Assembly (NCBI GenBank): GCA_913047775.1
Contig: CAJWUE010000002.1
Location: 1-62,417 of the forward strand
Length of the DNA: 62,417 bases
Source: an uncultured Rhodobiaceae bacterium
GTDB lineage: Bacteria; Pseudomonadota; Alphaproteobacteria; MED-G09
Reading direction: 5' to 3'
Part shown: in pieces, positions 36,074-45,124 of the stretch
Numbering within the stretch: position 1 is the stretch's first letter
How the letters are laid out: every line of letters starts with the position of its first letter
Notes under the pieces: generated by a model
The model's database searches: none
Seen by the model: only the letters and a program-made list of their open reading frames with translations
What the model was told of the DNA's origin: nothing
Made by a program: the position numbers and the translations under genes

Positions 36074-36955
36074 CTAAATTTGGGGTTCGTTGAGATTTTC
36101 TTGAGGTTTTTCATGGGCCTTAATTCTTAATCTAACCTTCTTTATTTTTCTTGCATCAGCATCCCTAATTTCAATTTCGAAACCTAAGGGATGAATGACA
36201 AGCTCACCTCTTTGAGGAACTCTACCAGCTAATATAAAAACAAGGCCGCCAATTGTGCTTATTTCTTCATCTATTTCATCAGGATATAATGAGAATCCTA
36301 TAATATCACTTATCTCCTCAATATTTGTCCTGGCACTAACATCTATATGACTTTCTGCAATTATAATTCTGTCGGGATCCTCTTCATAAAGTTCATCATC
36401 AATCTCTCCAACTATTTCTTCAATTAAATCTTCAATTGTAATTAACCCATCAGTTCCTCCATATTCGTCAATAACCAATGCCATATGGATTCTTGAGGAT
36501 TGCATCCTCACTAATAAGTCACGAGATTTCATTGACGGGGGAACAAATATAACTTCTCTTAAGAATGACTCTATCTTTGTCTCTGCGAAAGTATCTTTTG
36601 ATATCACTCCTATTAAATCTTTTATGTGTATCATTCCAACAGGGTTATCAAGAGTATCTTTATAAATTGGTAACCTTGAATGATTGCACTCAGAAAAAAT
36701 CTTAAGTATTTGTGCAACTGTTGCTCTTAGTTCAATAGAGACAATATCTGCCCTCGGAACCATACAATCTTCAACTCTAGATGAATCAAAACCAATGACA
36801 TTATCAAGCATGCTTTTTTCTTCTGGAGTCAATTCTCTTTCATCATTATAAAAATTACTCAAGACCTTACTAATTGTAGGGGATTTTTTTTCCCTAAAAA
36901 GATCTTTGAGTCTTTTACTAAAAAAAATTTTTTCAAAAAACAATTTCATTATCAT
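36074..36955 (-). CDS. corC: CBS-pair / CorC_HlyC domain protein (CorC/TlyC family)
   Basis: 'VEDCMVPRADIVSI', 'SRLPIYKDTLDNPVGMIHIKDL', 'HMALVIDEYGGTDGLITIEDLIEEIVGEI'. Confidence 0.88.
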   Translation of the reverse strand: MIMKLFFEKIFFSKRLKDLFREKKSPTISKVLSNFYNDERELTPEEKSMLDNVIGFDSSRVEDCMVPRADIVSIELRATVAQILKIFSECNHSRLPIYKDTLDNPVGMIHIKDLIGVISKDTFAETKIESFLREVIFVPPSMKSRDLLVRMQSSRIHMALVIDEYGGTDGLITIEDLIEEIVGEIDDELYEEDPDRIIIAESHIDVSARTNIEEISDIIGFSLYPDEIDEEISTIGGLVFILAGRVPQRGELVIHPLGFEIEIRDADARKIKKVRLRIKAHEKPQENLNEPQI

Positions 36956-36969
36956 AAAGACTTTATTAA

Positions 36970-37434
36970 TTATATATATGGATTAGGAAACCCTAACCTC
37001 TTCAAGATCATAATTTCTCTATTTTCCATAATCTCCGCATCAGCTTTTTCTTGATGTTCATAACCTTTTAAATGTAATAATCCGTGTACTATCATATGCG
37101 CAATATATGCATCCAAATCTTTTTTTTTCTCTTTAGATTCTTTCAACAAAGTGTCTTTAGAAATAACAATATCACCCAGCATCTTATTTCCAAGATTGTT
37201 AATTTTATTATTCATTGGAAAAGATAAAACATTTGTTGTTTTGTTCACATTTCTATACTTCTTGTTTAATTTCCTTATTTCATAATCATTTGTCAAGAGA
37301 ACACTAATTTCTTCATTATCCTGATTTTCTAGATTATCAAGGGCGCCTATCAAAATATTTTTGACTAGAAGTGATTCTTCCTTCGACCAGTCATCTGTGA
37401 GAGAGATATCAATCATTTCTATTACCTTTGGCAA
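36970..37434 (-). CDS. ybeY: rRNA maturation endoribonuclease YbeY
   Basis: Zn motif 'HMIVHGLLHLKGYEH'. Confidence 0.92.
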   Translation of the reverse strand: MPKVIEMIDISLTDDWSKEESLLVKNILIGALDNLENQDNEEISVLLTNDYEIRKLNKKYRNVNKTTNVLSFPMNNKINNLGNKMLGDIVISKDTLLKESKEKKKDLDAYIAHMIVHGLLHLKGYEHQEKADAEIMENREIMILKRLGFPNPYI

Positions 37435-37436
37435 AA

Positions 37437-38402
37437 TTAGTTTTTCGAAATTTTCGAATAAGCCTTCACTATCTTGTCTACAAGCTTGTGCCTTACTATA
37501 TCCTTAGAATTGAAATTTAATCTTCCAATTTCGTTATTCTTTGGAAGTACCTCTAAAGCCTCCTTTAAGCCCGAACTCTGATCCCTTGGCAAATCAATTT
37601 GGGTAATGTCTCCTAAAACAACCATCTTTGAGTTACGCCCCAGTCGAGTAAGAAACATTTTCATTTGCATATTTGAAGTATTTTGCGCTTCATCTAAGAT
37701 TATGAAGGCATTTTCTAATGTTCGACCTCTCATAAATGCGAGAGGTGCTATTTCTACAATATTATTTTCTATCAGTCTTTCCAAAGTTTTCTTTGGCATT
37801 AAGTCCTCAAGAGCATCGTAAAGTGGCCTTAAATAGGGATCTATTTTTTCTTTTAGGTCACCAGGTAAGAATCCCAACCTTTCACCAGCCTCCACGGCGG
37901 GACGCGAAAGTATAATTCTAGAAATGTTTTTTTCTAACAACGCTTGAACTGCCGTAGCTACAGCCAGATAGGTTTTTCCAGTTCCTGCAGGACCTATTCC
38001 GAATACTAAATCTTTGGACTGAATAAGCTTAACAAATTTATCTTGATTTTTTGATCTAGCATAAATTTTTTTATTTTGTGTCTTGATTAAAATGTCATCT
38101 TTTTTTGGATAGCTATCTTTTCCTGGAATAATTATATCAATGTTTTTGAAATCTGGTTTTTCTCCATTTTTTAATTTATTGTATAACATCATTATGGTAT
38201 CTCCAGCTGAGAGGCACAAATCATGATGGCCTTTTATTTCAAGAATATTACCCCTATATGAAATCTCAACATCAAAAATACCTTCAATTTTCAATAAGTT
38301 TTCATCATGGTTACCATAAAGTTCTGTTAAAAATTTATTGTCCCCTAACTCAATGGTGTGATTAGTTTTATCTTTTCTAATATTTAAATTTTTCTTGTTC
38401 AT
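37437..38402 (-). CDS. ybeZ: PhoH-like ATPase (YbeZ)
   Basis: Walker A 'GPAGTGKTYLAVA', 'ILSRPAVEAGERLGFLPGDL', 'FIILDEAQNT'. ATG at 38402 preferred over the TTG at 38426, which would overlap miaB. Confidence 0.92.
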   Translation of the reverse strand: MNKKNLNIRKDKTNHTIELGDNKFLTELYGNHDENLLKIEGIFDVEISYRGNILEIKGHHDLCLSAGDTIMMLYNKLKNGEKPDFKNIDIIIPGKDSYPKKDDILIKTQNKKIYARSKNQDKFVKLIQSKDLVFGIGPAGTGKTYLAVATAVQALLEKNISRIILSRPAVEAGERLGFLPGDLKEKIDPYLRPLYDALEDLMPKKTLERLIENNIVEIAPLAFMRGRTLENAFIILDEAQNTSNMQMKMFLTRLGRNSKMVVLGDITQIDLPRDQSSGLKEALEVLPKNNEIGRLNFNSKDIVRHKLVDKIVKAYSKISKN

Positions 38403-38409
38403 TGCAATA

Positions 38410-39762
38410 TTAGACGATGGTACCAAATAAACTATTCTCTCTTATCTTAAGAATATCAACATTTAATAACTCGCCAATTAAAGAATTGTGTCCTTCCATA
38501 TGAACAGATTGTAAATATGGTGAACGACCTGAAATTTGATCTTCTTCAGACCCTTGTTTTTCAACCAATATTTCTAAGGTTCTTCCTAAAAAAGATTCGT
38601 TAAAAGTTTTCATACTTGAGGTTATCAGTTCTTGCAACTTAAATAGTCTCTCTTTTTTTGTTTCTTCATCTATTTGTAAATCCATACTTGCTGCCGGAGT
38701 TCCGGGGCGAGGAGAATATTTAAAACTGTAAGCGTGGGCATACCTGACTTTTTTTATAATATCCATTGTATCGTTAAAGTCATCTTCAGTTTCTCCTGGA
38801 AACCCAACTATAAAGTCTCCTGAGATAGCGGTGTCGGGCCTTATATCTCTAATCTTTTCAATTATTTCTATATATTGCTGTTTACTATATCCTCTATTCA
38901 TAGCCTTCAATATCTTATTAGAACCTGATTGTATGGGTAAATGAAGATAAGGCTGTAATTTGGGGATATTAACAAAACATCTAATTAACTTGTTATTCAT
39001 ATCTTTCGGGTGACTGGTGGTGAATCTCAGGCGATCAATATTTAATTCTGATAATCTTTTGATTAATTCTGAAAAATCCCACCTATTCCCACTTAACCCT
39101 TCTCCATTCCAAGCGTTGACGTTTTGACCCAACAAAATGATTTCTTTTGCTCCATTATTAATTAACTCCTTAGCTTCTGAAATAATTTGTAACGCCGGTC
39201 TAGAGCTCTCTACTCCCCTAGTATAAGGAACCACACAAAAAGTGCAGAATTTATCACAACCTTCCTGTACAGACAGAAAAGCACTGACTGCTTCTTTTTT
39301 ATTAACTCTTTCTGGCAATGAAAGAAATTTATCTCTTGCTGGAAATTCAATATTTACAAGGGCTTTGTTTTTTCCTTTTTTTCTATATGTAATTTCTTGA
39401 ATCATTTCAGGTAATTGATGATAAGTTAAAGGTCCAAATACCAGATCAACTGACGGTGCTCGTCTAACTAATTCTTCACCCTCAGCCTGAGCTACACAAC
39501 CAGCAACAGCAATCTTTGTATTCTTCTTTTGATTGTTGAATCCTTTTTTCAGTCTACCCAATTCTGAATAAATTTTTTCTGTAGCTTTTTCTCTAATATG
39601 ACATGTATTAAGGATAATTAATTCTGCATCATTGGGATCATCTACTCTTTTGTAATTTAACGGACCTAATAATTCATACATACGATCGCCATCATAAACA
39701 TTCATCTGGCATCCATAGTTTTTTATATAAAGTCCTTTATGAGTTTTTTCTTTTAATTGCAT
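38410..39762 (-). CDS. miaB: tRNA-2-methylthio-N6-dimethylallyladenosine synthase
   Basis: 'YIKNYGCQMNVYD', radical-SAM 'EGCDKFCTFCVVPYTRG', TRAM domain at the C-terminus. Confidence 0.95.
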   Translation of the reverse strand: MQLKEKTHKGLYIKNYGCQMNVYDGDRMYELLGPLNYKRVDDPNDAELIILNTCHIREKATEKIYSELGRLKKGFNNQKKNTKIAVAGCVAQAEGEELVRRAPSVDLVFGPLTYHQLPEMIQEITYRKKGKNKALVNIEFPARDKFLSLPERVNKKEAVSAFLSVQEGCDKFCTFCVVPYTRGVESSRPALQIISEAKELINNGAKEIILLGQNVNAWNGEGLSGNRWDFSELIKRLSELNIDRLRFTTSHPKDMNNKLIRCFVNIPKLQPYLHLPIQSGSNKILKAMNRGYSKQQYIEIIEKIRDIRPDTAISGDFIVGFPGETEDDFNDTMDIIKKVRYAHAYSFKYSPRPGTPAASMDLQIDEETKKERLFKLQELITSSMKTFNESFLGRTLEILVEKQGSEEDQISGRSPYLQSVHMEGHNSLIGELLNVDILKIRENSLFGTIV

Positions 39763-39776
39763 GAAATTAATTATTA

Positions 39777-40184
39777 TTACTGTTTCTTTGGCTTAGCATA
39801 AAGTTCTAATCTATGATCAACTAAGTCAAAACCTAGTTCTTCCGCTATTTTTCTTTGAATAATCTCAATTTCTTCATTTGTAAATTCAATTATTGATCCA
39901 TCCTCTATGTTTATTAAGTGATCGTGATGATCGCATTCTTCTAAGTTTTCATATCGTGACCTTCCGTCACGAAACTCGTGTCGGATAAGAATACCAGCTT
40001 CCTCAAAAAGACGTACAGTGCGATAAACTGTTGCTACAGAAATATTATTATCTATTTCTACGGCCCTTTTATAAAGTTCTTCTACATCAGGGTGATCTTT
40101 GGAATCATCGAGAACTTTGGCAATAACTTTGCGTTGCTCTGTTAATCTCATTCCTTTGCTTTCACATAATTGTTCAATGTTCAT
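39777..40184 (-). CDS. fur: Ferric uptake regulator family protein
   Basis: 'MRLTEQRKVIAKVL', 'ISVATVYRTVRLFEEAGIL', metal site 'CDHHDHLI'. Confidence 0.88.
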   Translation of the reverse strand: MNIEQLCESKGMRLTEQRKVIAKVLDDSKDHPDVEELYKRAVEIDNNISVATVYRTVRLFEEAGILIRHEFRDGRSRYENLEECDHHDHLINIEDGSIIEFTNEEIEIIQRKIAEELGFDLVDHRLELYAKPKKQ

Positions 40185-40290
40185 TTAAATAAGACCTATA
40201 AATTCTTCTTCTTTTATATAAGCATCAAATATAAGCTTTTGACAATAGTAACGCATTTTCTTGAGTTTTTTTTATTAACATTCCTCATAA

Positions 40291-40974
40291 TTATCTTTTT
40301 TTTACCATATACCATTTCGGATCAGCCTCATCTGCGGAAGGGGGACTATAATAATTAGCTCGAAGTTTTTTTACTGGTTTTAGAGTCTTGTTTCGTATCT
40401 TCGTTGCAATAGCCAAACATTTATCAGATAAATTATTATCTACAATAGCCTCTTTTCCTATTATTTCATCCAAGGACGGAATAGGCATTAACTTCACGAT
40501 GGTAAATTTTTCCGACATGTATCTATCAATAACATCCTTTAAAGCAAGCTTTTCAATTTCTGATTTATTTTTTCCTGTCTTACTATTGAAAACCTGAACA
40601 AAAAAATCTTCACCTCGTGACGGGATAATTGGCAACAAGAATTCTGTCTTTATATCCTTATTAACTAAGTTAGAAACAAGAAATTCCAGAGCAGATGTGC
40701 TGTATAAAGGTACAGATAAACCCTTAGTTAAACCTTGAGCAAATGCAAGTCCAACCCTAATGCTTGTAAAATTTCCAGGGCCATTTGTTACATAAATTGC
40801 CTTGAGATTAATTGGACTAATGTCAGCTTCTTCTAGGTTTTTTTTGGTTATATCAGCTATAACTTCAGATTGTTTTTTATTCGTCTTATTGGAATTTAAA
40901 AAAACCCTATTATTATCTAGAACTATAATTGAAAAACTACTTTCAAAAGTAGTTTCTAAAAAAAGAATCGCCAT
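40291..40974 (-). CDS. tsaB: tRNA threonylcarbamoyladenosine biosynthesis protein TsaB (YeaZ)
   Basis: 'ILFLETT', 'AIYVTNGPGNFTSIRVGLAFAQGL'. Confidence 0.85.
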   Translation of the reverse strand: MAILFLETTFESSFSIIVLDNNRVFLNSNKTNKKQSEVIADITKKNLEEADISPINLKAIYVTNGPGNFTSIRVGLAFAQGLTKGLSVPLYSTSALEFLVSNLVNKDIKTEFLLPIIPSRGEDFFVQVFNSKTGKNKSEIEKLALKDVIDRYMSEKFTIVKLMPIPSLDEIIGKEAIVDNNLSDKCLAIATKIRNKTLKPVKKLRANYYSPPSADEADPKWYMVKKR

Positions 40975-40980
40975 CTCTAT

Positions 40981-41574
40981 TTATAAAATAGTACAAATTT
41001 CGTCAAACTCAAATCTGGGCGATCTTTCTAATAATTTTCTATGATCACCATAACCTATGTTGCATATAAAATTTGACTTGAATCCGCTAGTAGAAAAAAA
41101 TTCTTTATCAAGCTCCATGTTATCAAAACCAGACATTGGGCCACAATCAAGCCCAAGAGTTCGGGCTGCAATTATGAAATATGCTCCTTGAAGCGAGCTG
41201 TTTCTGAAGGCGGTTTGTTCGGCTAAATCATTTGACCAGGAAAACCAATCTTTTGCTTCTGGGTTGTGAGGAAACAATTTGGGTAAATGTTCGTAAAAAC
41301 TTATATCGTAAGCAACAATAGCTGATACAGGCGCAGTAGAAGTTTTTTCTCTATTAGTTTCCATTAAGTAGGGCAACAATCTGTTTTTAGCATCTTGACT
41401 TTTAATAAAAATAAGACGAGATGGGGAACAGTTTGCGCTTGTTGGGCCCCACTTCATCAAATCATACAATTTGTACAAAATTTTATCAGGAACATCTCTG
41501 TCAAGCCATTCATTGTGTGTCCTTGCATTCGTAAATATTAATTCTTCAAAAATCTTTCTACTTTTATCTGTCAT
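40981..41574 (-). CDS. Nitroreductase-family protein (RutE / malonic semialdehyde reductase-like)
   Basis: 'FTNARTHNEWLDRDVPDKILYKLYDLMKWGPTSANCSPSRLIFI', 'GLDCGPMSGFD'. Confidence 0.8.
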   Translation of the reverse strand: MTDKSRKIFEELIFTNARTHNEWLDRDVPDKILYKLYDLMKWGPTSANCSPSRLIFIKSQDAKNRLLPYLMETNREKTSTAPVSAIVAYDISFYEHLPKLFPHNPEAKDWFSWSNDLAEQTAFRNSSLQGAYFIIAARTLGLDCGPMSGFDNMELDKEFFSTSGFKSNFICNIGYGDHRKLLERSPRFEFDEICTIL

Positions 41575-41583
41575 AGATATTCT

Positions 41584-42138
41584 TTAAATAGGAACCACTC
41601 CCTTAACTTCAGGAACATAATGCTTCAAAAGATTTTCTATACCATTCTTTAATGTAATTTCTGATGAGGGGCATCCATCACAAGAACCGCGCATGTTTAA
41701 ATATACAATGCCATCTTTATAACTTTCAAAAATTATATCCCCCCCGTCTTTTGCAACTGCTGGGCGGACTTTAGTTTCAATGATGTCATTTATCTTTAAA
41801 GAAATTTCGTCTTTATTATCCTCCCTGCTGTTGTTTGAATCCTCAAAGCCATCATCAATAAATATGGGTTCACCTGAAACAAAGAAGTTCATAATATTTG
41901 CTAAGATCTCTGTCTTCGAATTTTCCCATTTGGCATCTTTTAAAGTGACTGTAAGAAAATCAGAGCCAAGATACACCCCAACCACATTATCTAGGTTAAA
42001 TAACTGTTGAGCCAATGGTGATCTATGTAGATCTCCCTTGTCCTTAAAATACATTGTCGGCATTTCACCCATAACTTCTTCCCCAGGTATAAATTTTAGA
42101 GTCTCTGGGTTTGGAGTTTTCTCAGTTTGTATAAACAT
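41584..42138 (-). CDS. NifU/Nfu-type Fe-S cluster scaffold protein
   Basis: Nfu N-domain 'MFIQTEKTPNPETLKF' and a C-terminal NifU domain 'RPAVAKDGGDIIF...GSCDGCPSS'. Confidence 0.88.
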   Translation of the reverse strand: MFIQTEKTPNPETLKFIPGEEVMGEMPTMYFKDKGDLHRSPLAQQLFNLDNVVGVYLGSDFLTVTLKDAKWENSKTEILANIMNFFVSGEPIFIDDGFEDSNNSREDNKDEISLKINDIIETKVRPAVAKDGGDIIFESYKDGIVYLNMRGSCDGCPSSEITLKNGIENLLKHYVPEVKGVVPI

Positions 42139-42156
42139 TTTCTTCTCCTTGTTAAC

Positions 42157-42531
42157 TTACACGTCTATTCCTGCTAATCTATCTATTTTATCAAATCCTA
42201 GATCTCCAGGTATTATCACAACTGGAATAGAATATCCAGAAGATGATATCGCTTCTACTAGTTCTCCAGGGCTTTGGCCTATTTTGTTGGCGGCTAAGAA
42301 AAGGTATGAAATTTCTTCATTTTCTATAATTGTCTTTTTTACAACTTCTAATTTAGTGCCATGCCTTACTTCAATTCTGCATTCTACTAAAGAAAATGAT
42401 TTAATATTATTTTGAAATTTATCCAATTCTTATAATGCCTCATCTTCAGCTTCTTGGTTAATCTTTTCATCCACTCCAAGCCAGTTGGTACATCCAGGGT
42501 CATCTATGACAGCCAAATATTTACCAGGCAT
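42157..42531 (-). pseudogene. Universal stress protein (UspA-family)-like gene interrupted by an in-frame TAA (42430-42432)
   Basis: A 33-codon ORF 'MPGKYLAVIDDPGCTNWLGVDEKINQEAEDEAL*' has a good RBS (AAGAGGA). It continues in the same frame, after one stop and one codon, into the 89-aa ORF ending 'ISYLFLAANKIGQSPGELVEAISSSGYSIPVVIIPGDL', which resembles a USP C-terminus. Confidence 0.55.
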
Positions 42532-42555
42532 TTTATCCTCTTAAGAGATAATATT

Positions 42556-43575
42556 CTACCAGAGGCCAATAATCTCTCTAACTTCCCTAATTACTTTTAA
42601 AGATCTTTCTTCAGCTTTGGCGCGACCTTCATTCAGTACTTTTTCAATAAAAATTTTGTCCTTCTTGAGTCTGATTAATTCGTCCCTAATTGGACTTAAT
42701 TTTCTAATCATTACATCGGAAAGATCTGATTTAAATTCTGAAAATTGTTTCCCTGAATATTTTACGATTACTTCTTCTTTTTTTATGCCACTTAAAGACG
42801 AAAAAATATTGATAAGATTGGCAGCTTCAGGTCTTTGCCTAAGGTCATCTTGACCATTAGGTAAAGGTAAGGGATCTGTTTTCGCCTTAGATATTTTTTT
42901 TCGTATTAAATCATTATCATCAAGTAAATTAATTCTGGACATCGATGAATTATCAGATTTTGACATTTTTTTAGTTCCATCTCGTAAAGACATAACCCTT
43001 GATGCAACTGGAAGGATCAAAGGTTCAGGAATAGGGAAGAATTTATCTCCTCCATGAGCAGAAAAATCATTGTTAAATTTCTTAGCTATGTCTCTGGTTA
43101 TCTCTAGATGTTGCTTTTGATCATCTCCGACTGGAACATATCCGGCTTTATATAACAAAATATCAGAAGCCATCAAATTGGGATAAACATACAAACCTGC
43201 AGATGCATTTTCCCTATTTTTACCAGCTTTTTCTTTAAATTGTGTCATTCTATTCAACCATCCCATCCTTGATACACAATTAAATATCCACGCCAACTCA
43301 GAGTGGGCCGAAACAGTAGATTGAACAAAAATAGTAACTTTTTTAGGATCTAATCCAGAAGCTAAGTATGCTGCTGCCACTTCAATAATATTGTTTTTAA
43401 GGGCCTTAGGATCTTGCCAAACAGTTATGGCATGTAGATCTACAATACAGTAAATACATTCAAAGTTATCCTGTAGATCTACAAAATTTTTAATGGCTCC
43501 AAGATAATTTCCTATATGAAGGGAGCCGGTCGGTTGAACTCCCGAAAAAACCGTTTTATTTTCTGAAGATTGCAA
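42556..43575 (-). CDS. trpS: Tryptophan-tRNA ligase
   Basis: HIGH-type '[15 protein letters not shown]' and 'KMSKS'. Confidence 0.96.
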   Translation of the reverse strand: MQSSENKTVFSGVQPTGSLHIGNYLGAIKNFVDLQDNFECIYCIVDLHAITVWQDPKALKNNIIEVAAAYLASGLDPKKVTIFVQSTVSAHSELAWIFNCVSRMGWLNRMTQFKEKAGKNRENASAGLYVYPNLMASDILLYKAGYVPVGDDQKQHLEITRDIAKKFNNDFSAHGGDKFFPIPEPLILPVASRVMSLRDGTKKMSKSDNSSMSRINLLDDNDLIRKKISKAKTDPLPLPNGQDDLRQRPEAANLINIFSSLSGIKKEEVIVKYSGKQFSEFKSDLSDVMIRKLSPIRDELIRLKKDKIFIEKVLNEGRAKAEERSLKVIREVREIIGLW

Positions 43576-43591
43576 CTGTCAGTTCTCCAAA

Positions 43592-45124
43592 TTAAAAGCC
43601 TAGACTAGTTATATCACTTTTTTTATAAACACCCATAAGAAACAAACCGGCAAAATAAACGCATAGACCTATAATTATTAATAAAATTAAAGAAATTATT
43701 GGGCCTAAAATGTAAATCCTACCTATAGTAAATATTAAAATAAAAGACATTAAGATTGTCGATGTTATTATCTTAACAATATTTATTGAAAATTCTTTTT
43801 TAAATATTTTTATAGAAATAAAATGAAGTTTCACAATGAGCATGATTGCATTAAGCCATGCTGAAATTGAAGTTGCATATGCAATTCCTATAACCCCAGA
43901 ATATAAAAACAAGGGAATAGACAGAGATATATTTGTGACTATTGCCACAATACTGTAAATCACAGGAGTCCGAGTATCAGATAAAGAATAAAAGACAGAA
44001 GATAAGATTTTTATTAAAACGTACGCAGGTAAACCAATAGAAAATCCAATTAAAGTTGTTGCGACTACTTTAGTTTCATCATTACCGAAAACGCCGTATT
44101 GATAAATTGACTCAACCATCAATGACGACAGTATAATAAATGATGCCGTCGCAGGGATAATTAACATTAGAGAAAATTTTAGGGCGTCGTTAACAACTAT
44201 TTCAAATTCTTTCATCTGATTTTTTATATTCAAAGAGCTTAACGTAGGCAAAATTACTGTACCAATAGAAATACCAATTAATGCTAGAGGAAGTTGGTAT
44301 AGTCTTTCAGCATAATATAATATAGAAATTCCTCCATTGGCAAAAGATGCTATAAGACCTGAAATTACTATATTAAGTTGGAGAAAAATACCTGAAATTA
44401 TTTGAGGCCAAGCCAATTTAGAAAACTTATTTAACGACGATTTTTCTTTAGGTTTTCTAAGTTTTAACGTGTAGCCTTCTTGGCCAAGAAAATAAAAAAT
44501 AACTATAAAATGAAATACCCCAGACAAAGGAACCGCTAAAGACAAAAGATAACCTTTATTGATGAGATCTTCCTGAGGAATAATTAAAGCAAGAATTAGA
44601 AAAATATTTAATAAAATAGGTGATACTGAAGTAATAGAATATTTACCTTTAGCGTTTAAAATGGCTGACCCTAATGAACTTAAAGAAATAAAAATAATAT
44701 AAGGTAAAGTTAATCTCGAAAATGTTATTGCAAGGTCTAGTTTAGAAGGATCTTTATTAAAACCACCTGCAAAAAGATAAATAATAAGGGGCATAAAAAC
44801 TTGTGTAAGAATTGTCACAAGAGTTATTGATATTAAAAGATAATAAAGAATATCTTCGGAAAATTTTATGGAATCTTTCTTACTTTTTTCTCTCTCGCTA
44901 AAAAATAGTGGTACAAAAGCCGCGGAAAAGGCTCCCTCTGCAGTTATTCTCCTGAAAATACTTGGAAACTTCAAAGCAATAATAAAAACATCGGCAACAA
45001 AACTTATGCCAATAATCCTACTCAAAAGCATATCTCTAATAAGCCCGAATACACGGCTTAATCCTGTAAAAAAACTCACTGTAAATATGGATTTTATTAA
45101 ACGCTTACTTTTAACCATTAGCAT
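43592..45124 (-). CDS. murJ: Lipid II flippase MurJ (MviN)
   Basis: About 14 TM helices, 'GLSRVFGLIRDMLLSRIIG', 'SAFVPLF'. Confidence 0.92.
   Translation of the reverse strand: MLMVKSKRLIKSIFTVSFFTGLSRVFGLIRDMLLSRIIGISFVADVFIIALKFPSIFRRITAEGAFSAAFVPLFFSEREKSKKDSIKFSEDILYYLLISITLVTILTQVFMPLIIYLFAGGFNKDPSKLDLAITFSRLTLPYIIFISLSSLGSAILNAKGKYSITSVSPILLNIFLILALIIPQEDLINKGYLLSLAVPLSGVFHFIVIFYFLGQEGYTLKLRKPKEKSSLNKFSKLAWPQIISGIFLQLNIVISGLIASFANGGISILYYAERLYQLPLALIGISIGTVILPTLSSLNIKNQMKEFEIVVNDALKFSLMLIIPATASFIILSSLMVESIYQYGVFGNDETKVVATTLIGFSIGLPAYVLIKILSSVFYSLSDTRTPVIYSIVAIVTNISLSIPLFLYSGVIGIAYATSISAWLNAIMLIVKLHFISIKIFKKEFSINIVKIITSTILMSFILIFTIGRIYILGPIISLILLIIIGLCVYFAGLFLMGVYKKSDITSLGF

Noticed and set aside
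40274-40295. A Fur-box-like sequence GATAATTATGAGGAATGTTAAT (minus strand) upstream of fur.
   Set aside because: It matches the 19-bp Fur consensus at only about 12/19 positions, overlaps the tsaB stop codon, and sits about 90 nt from the fur start. This is not convincing.
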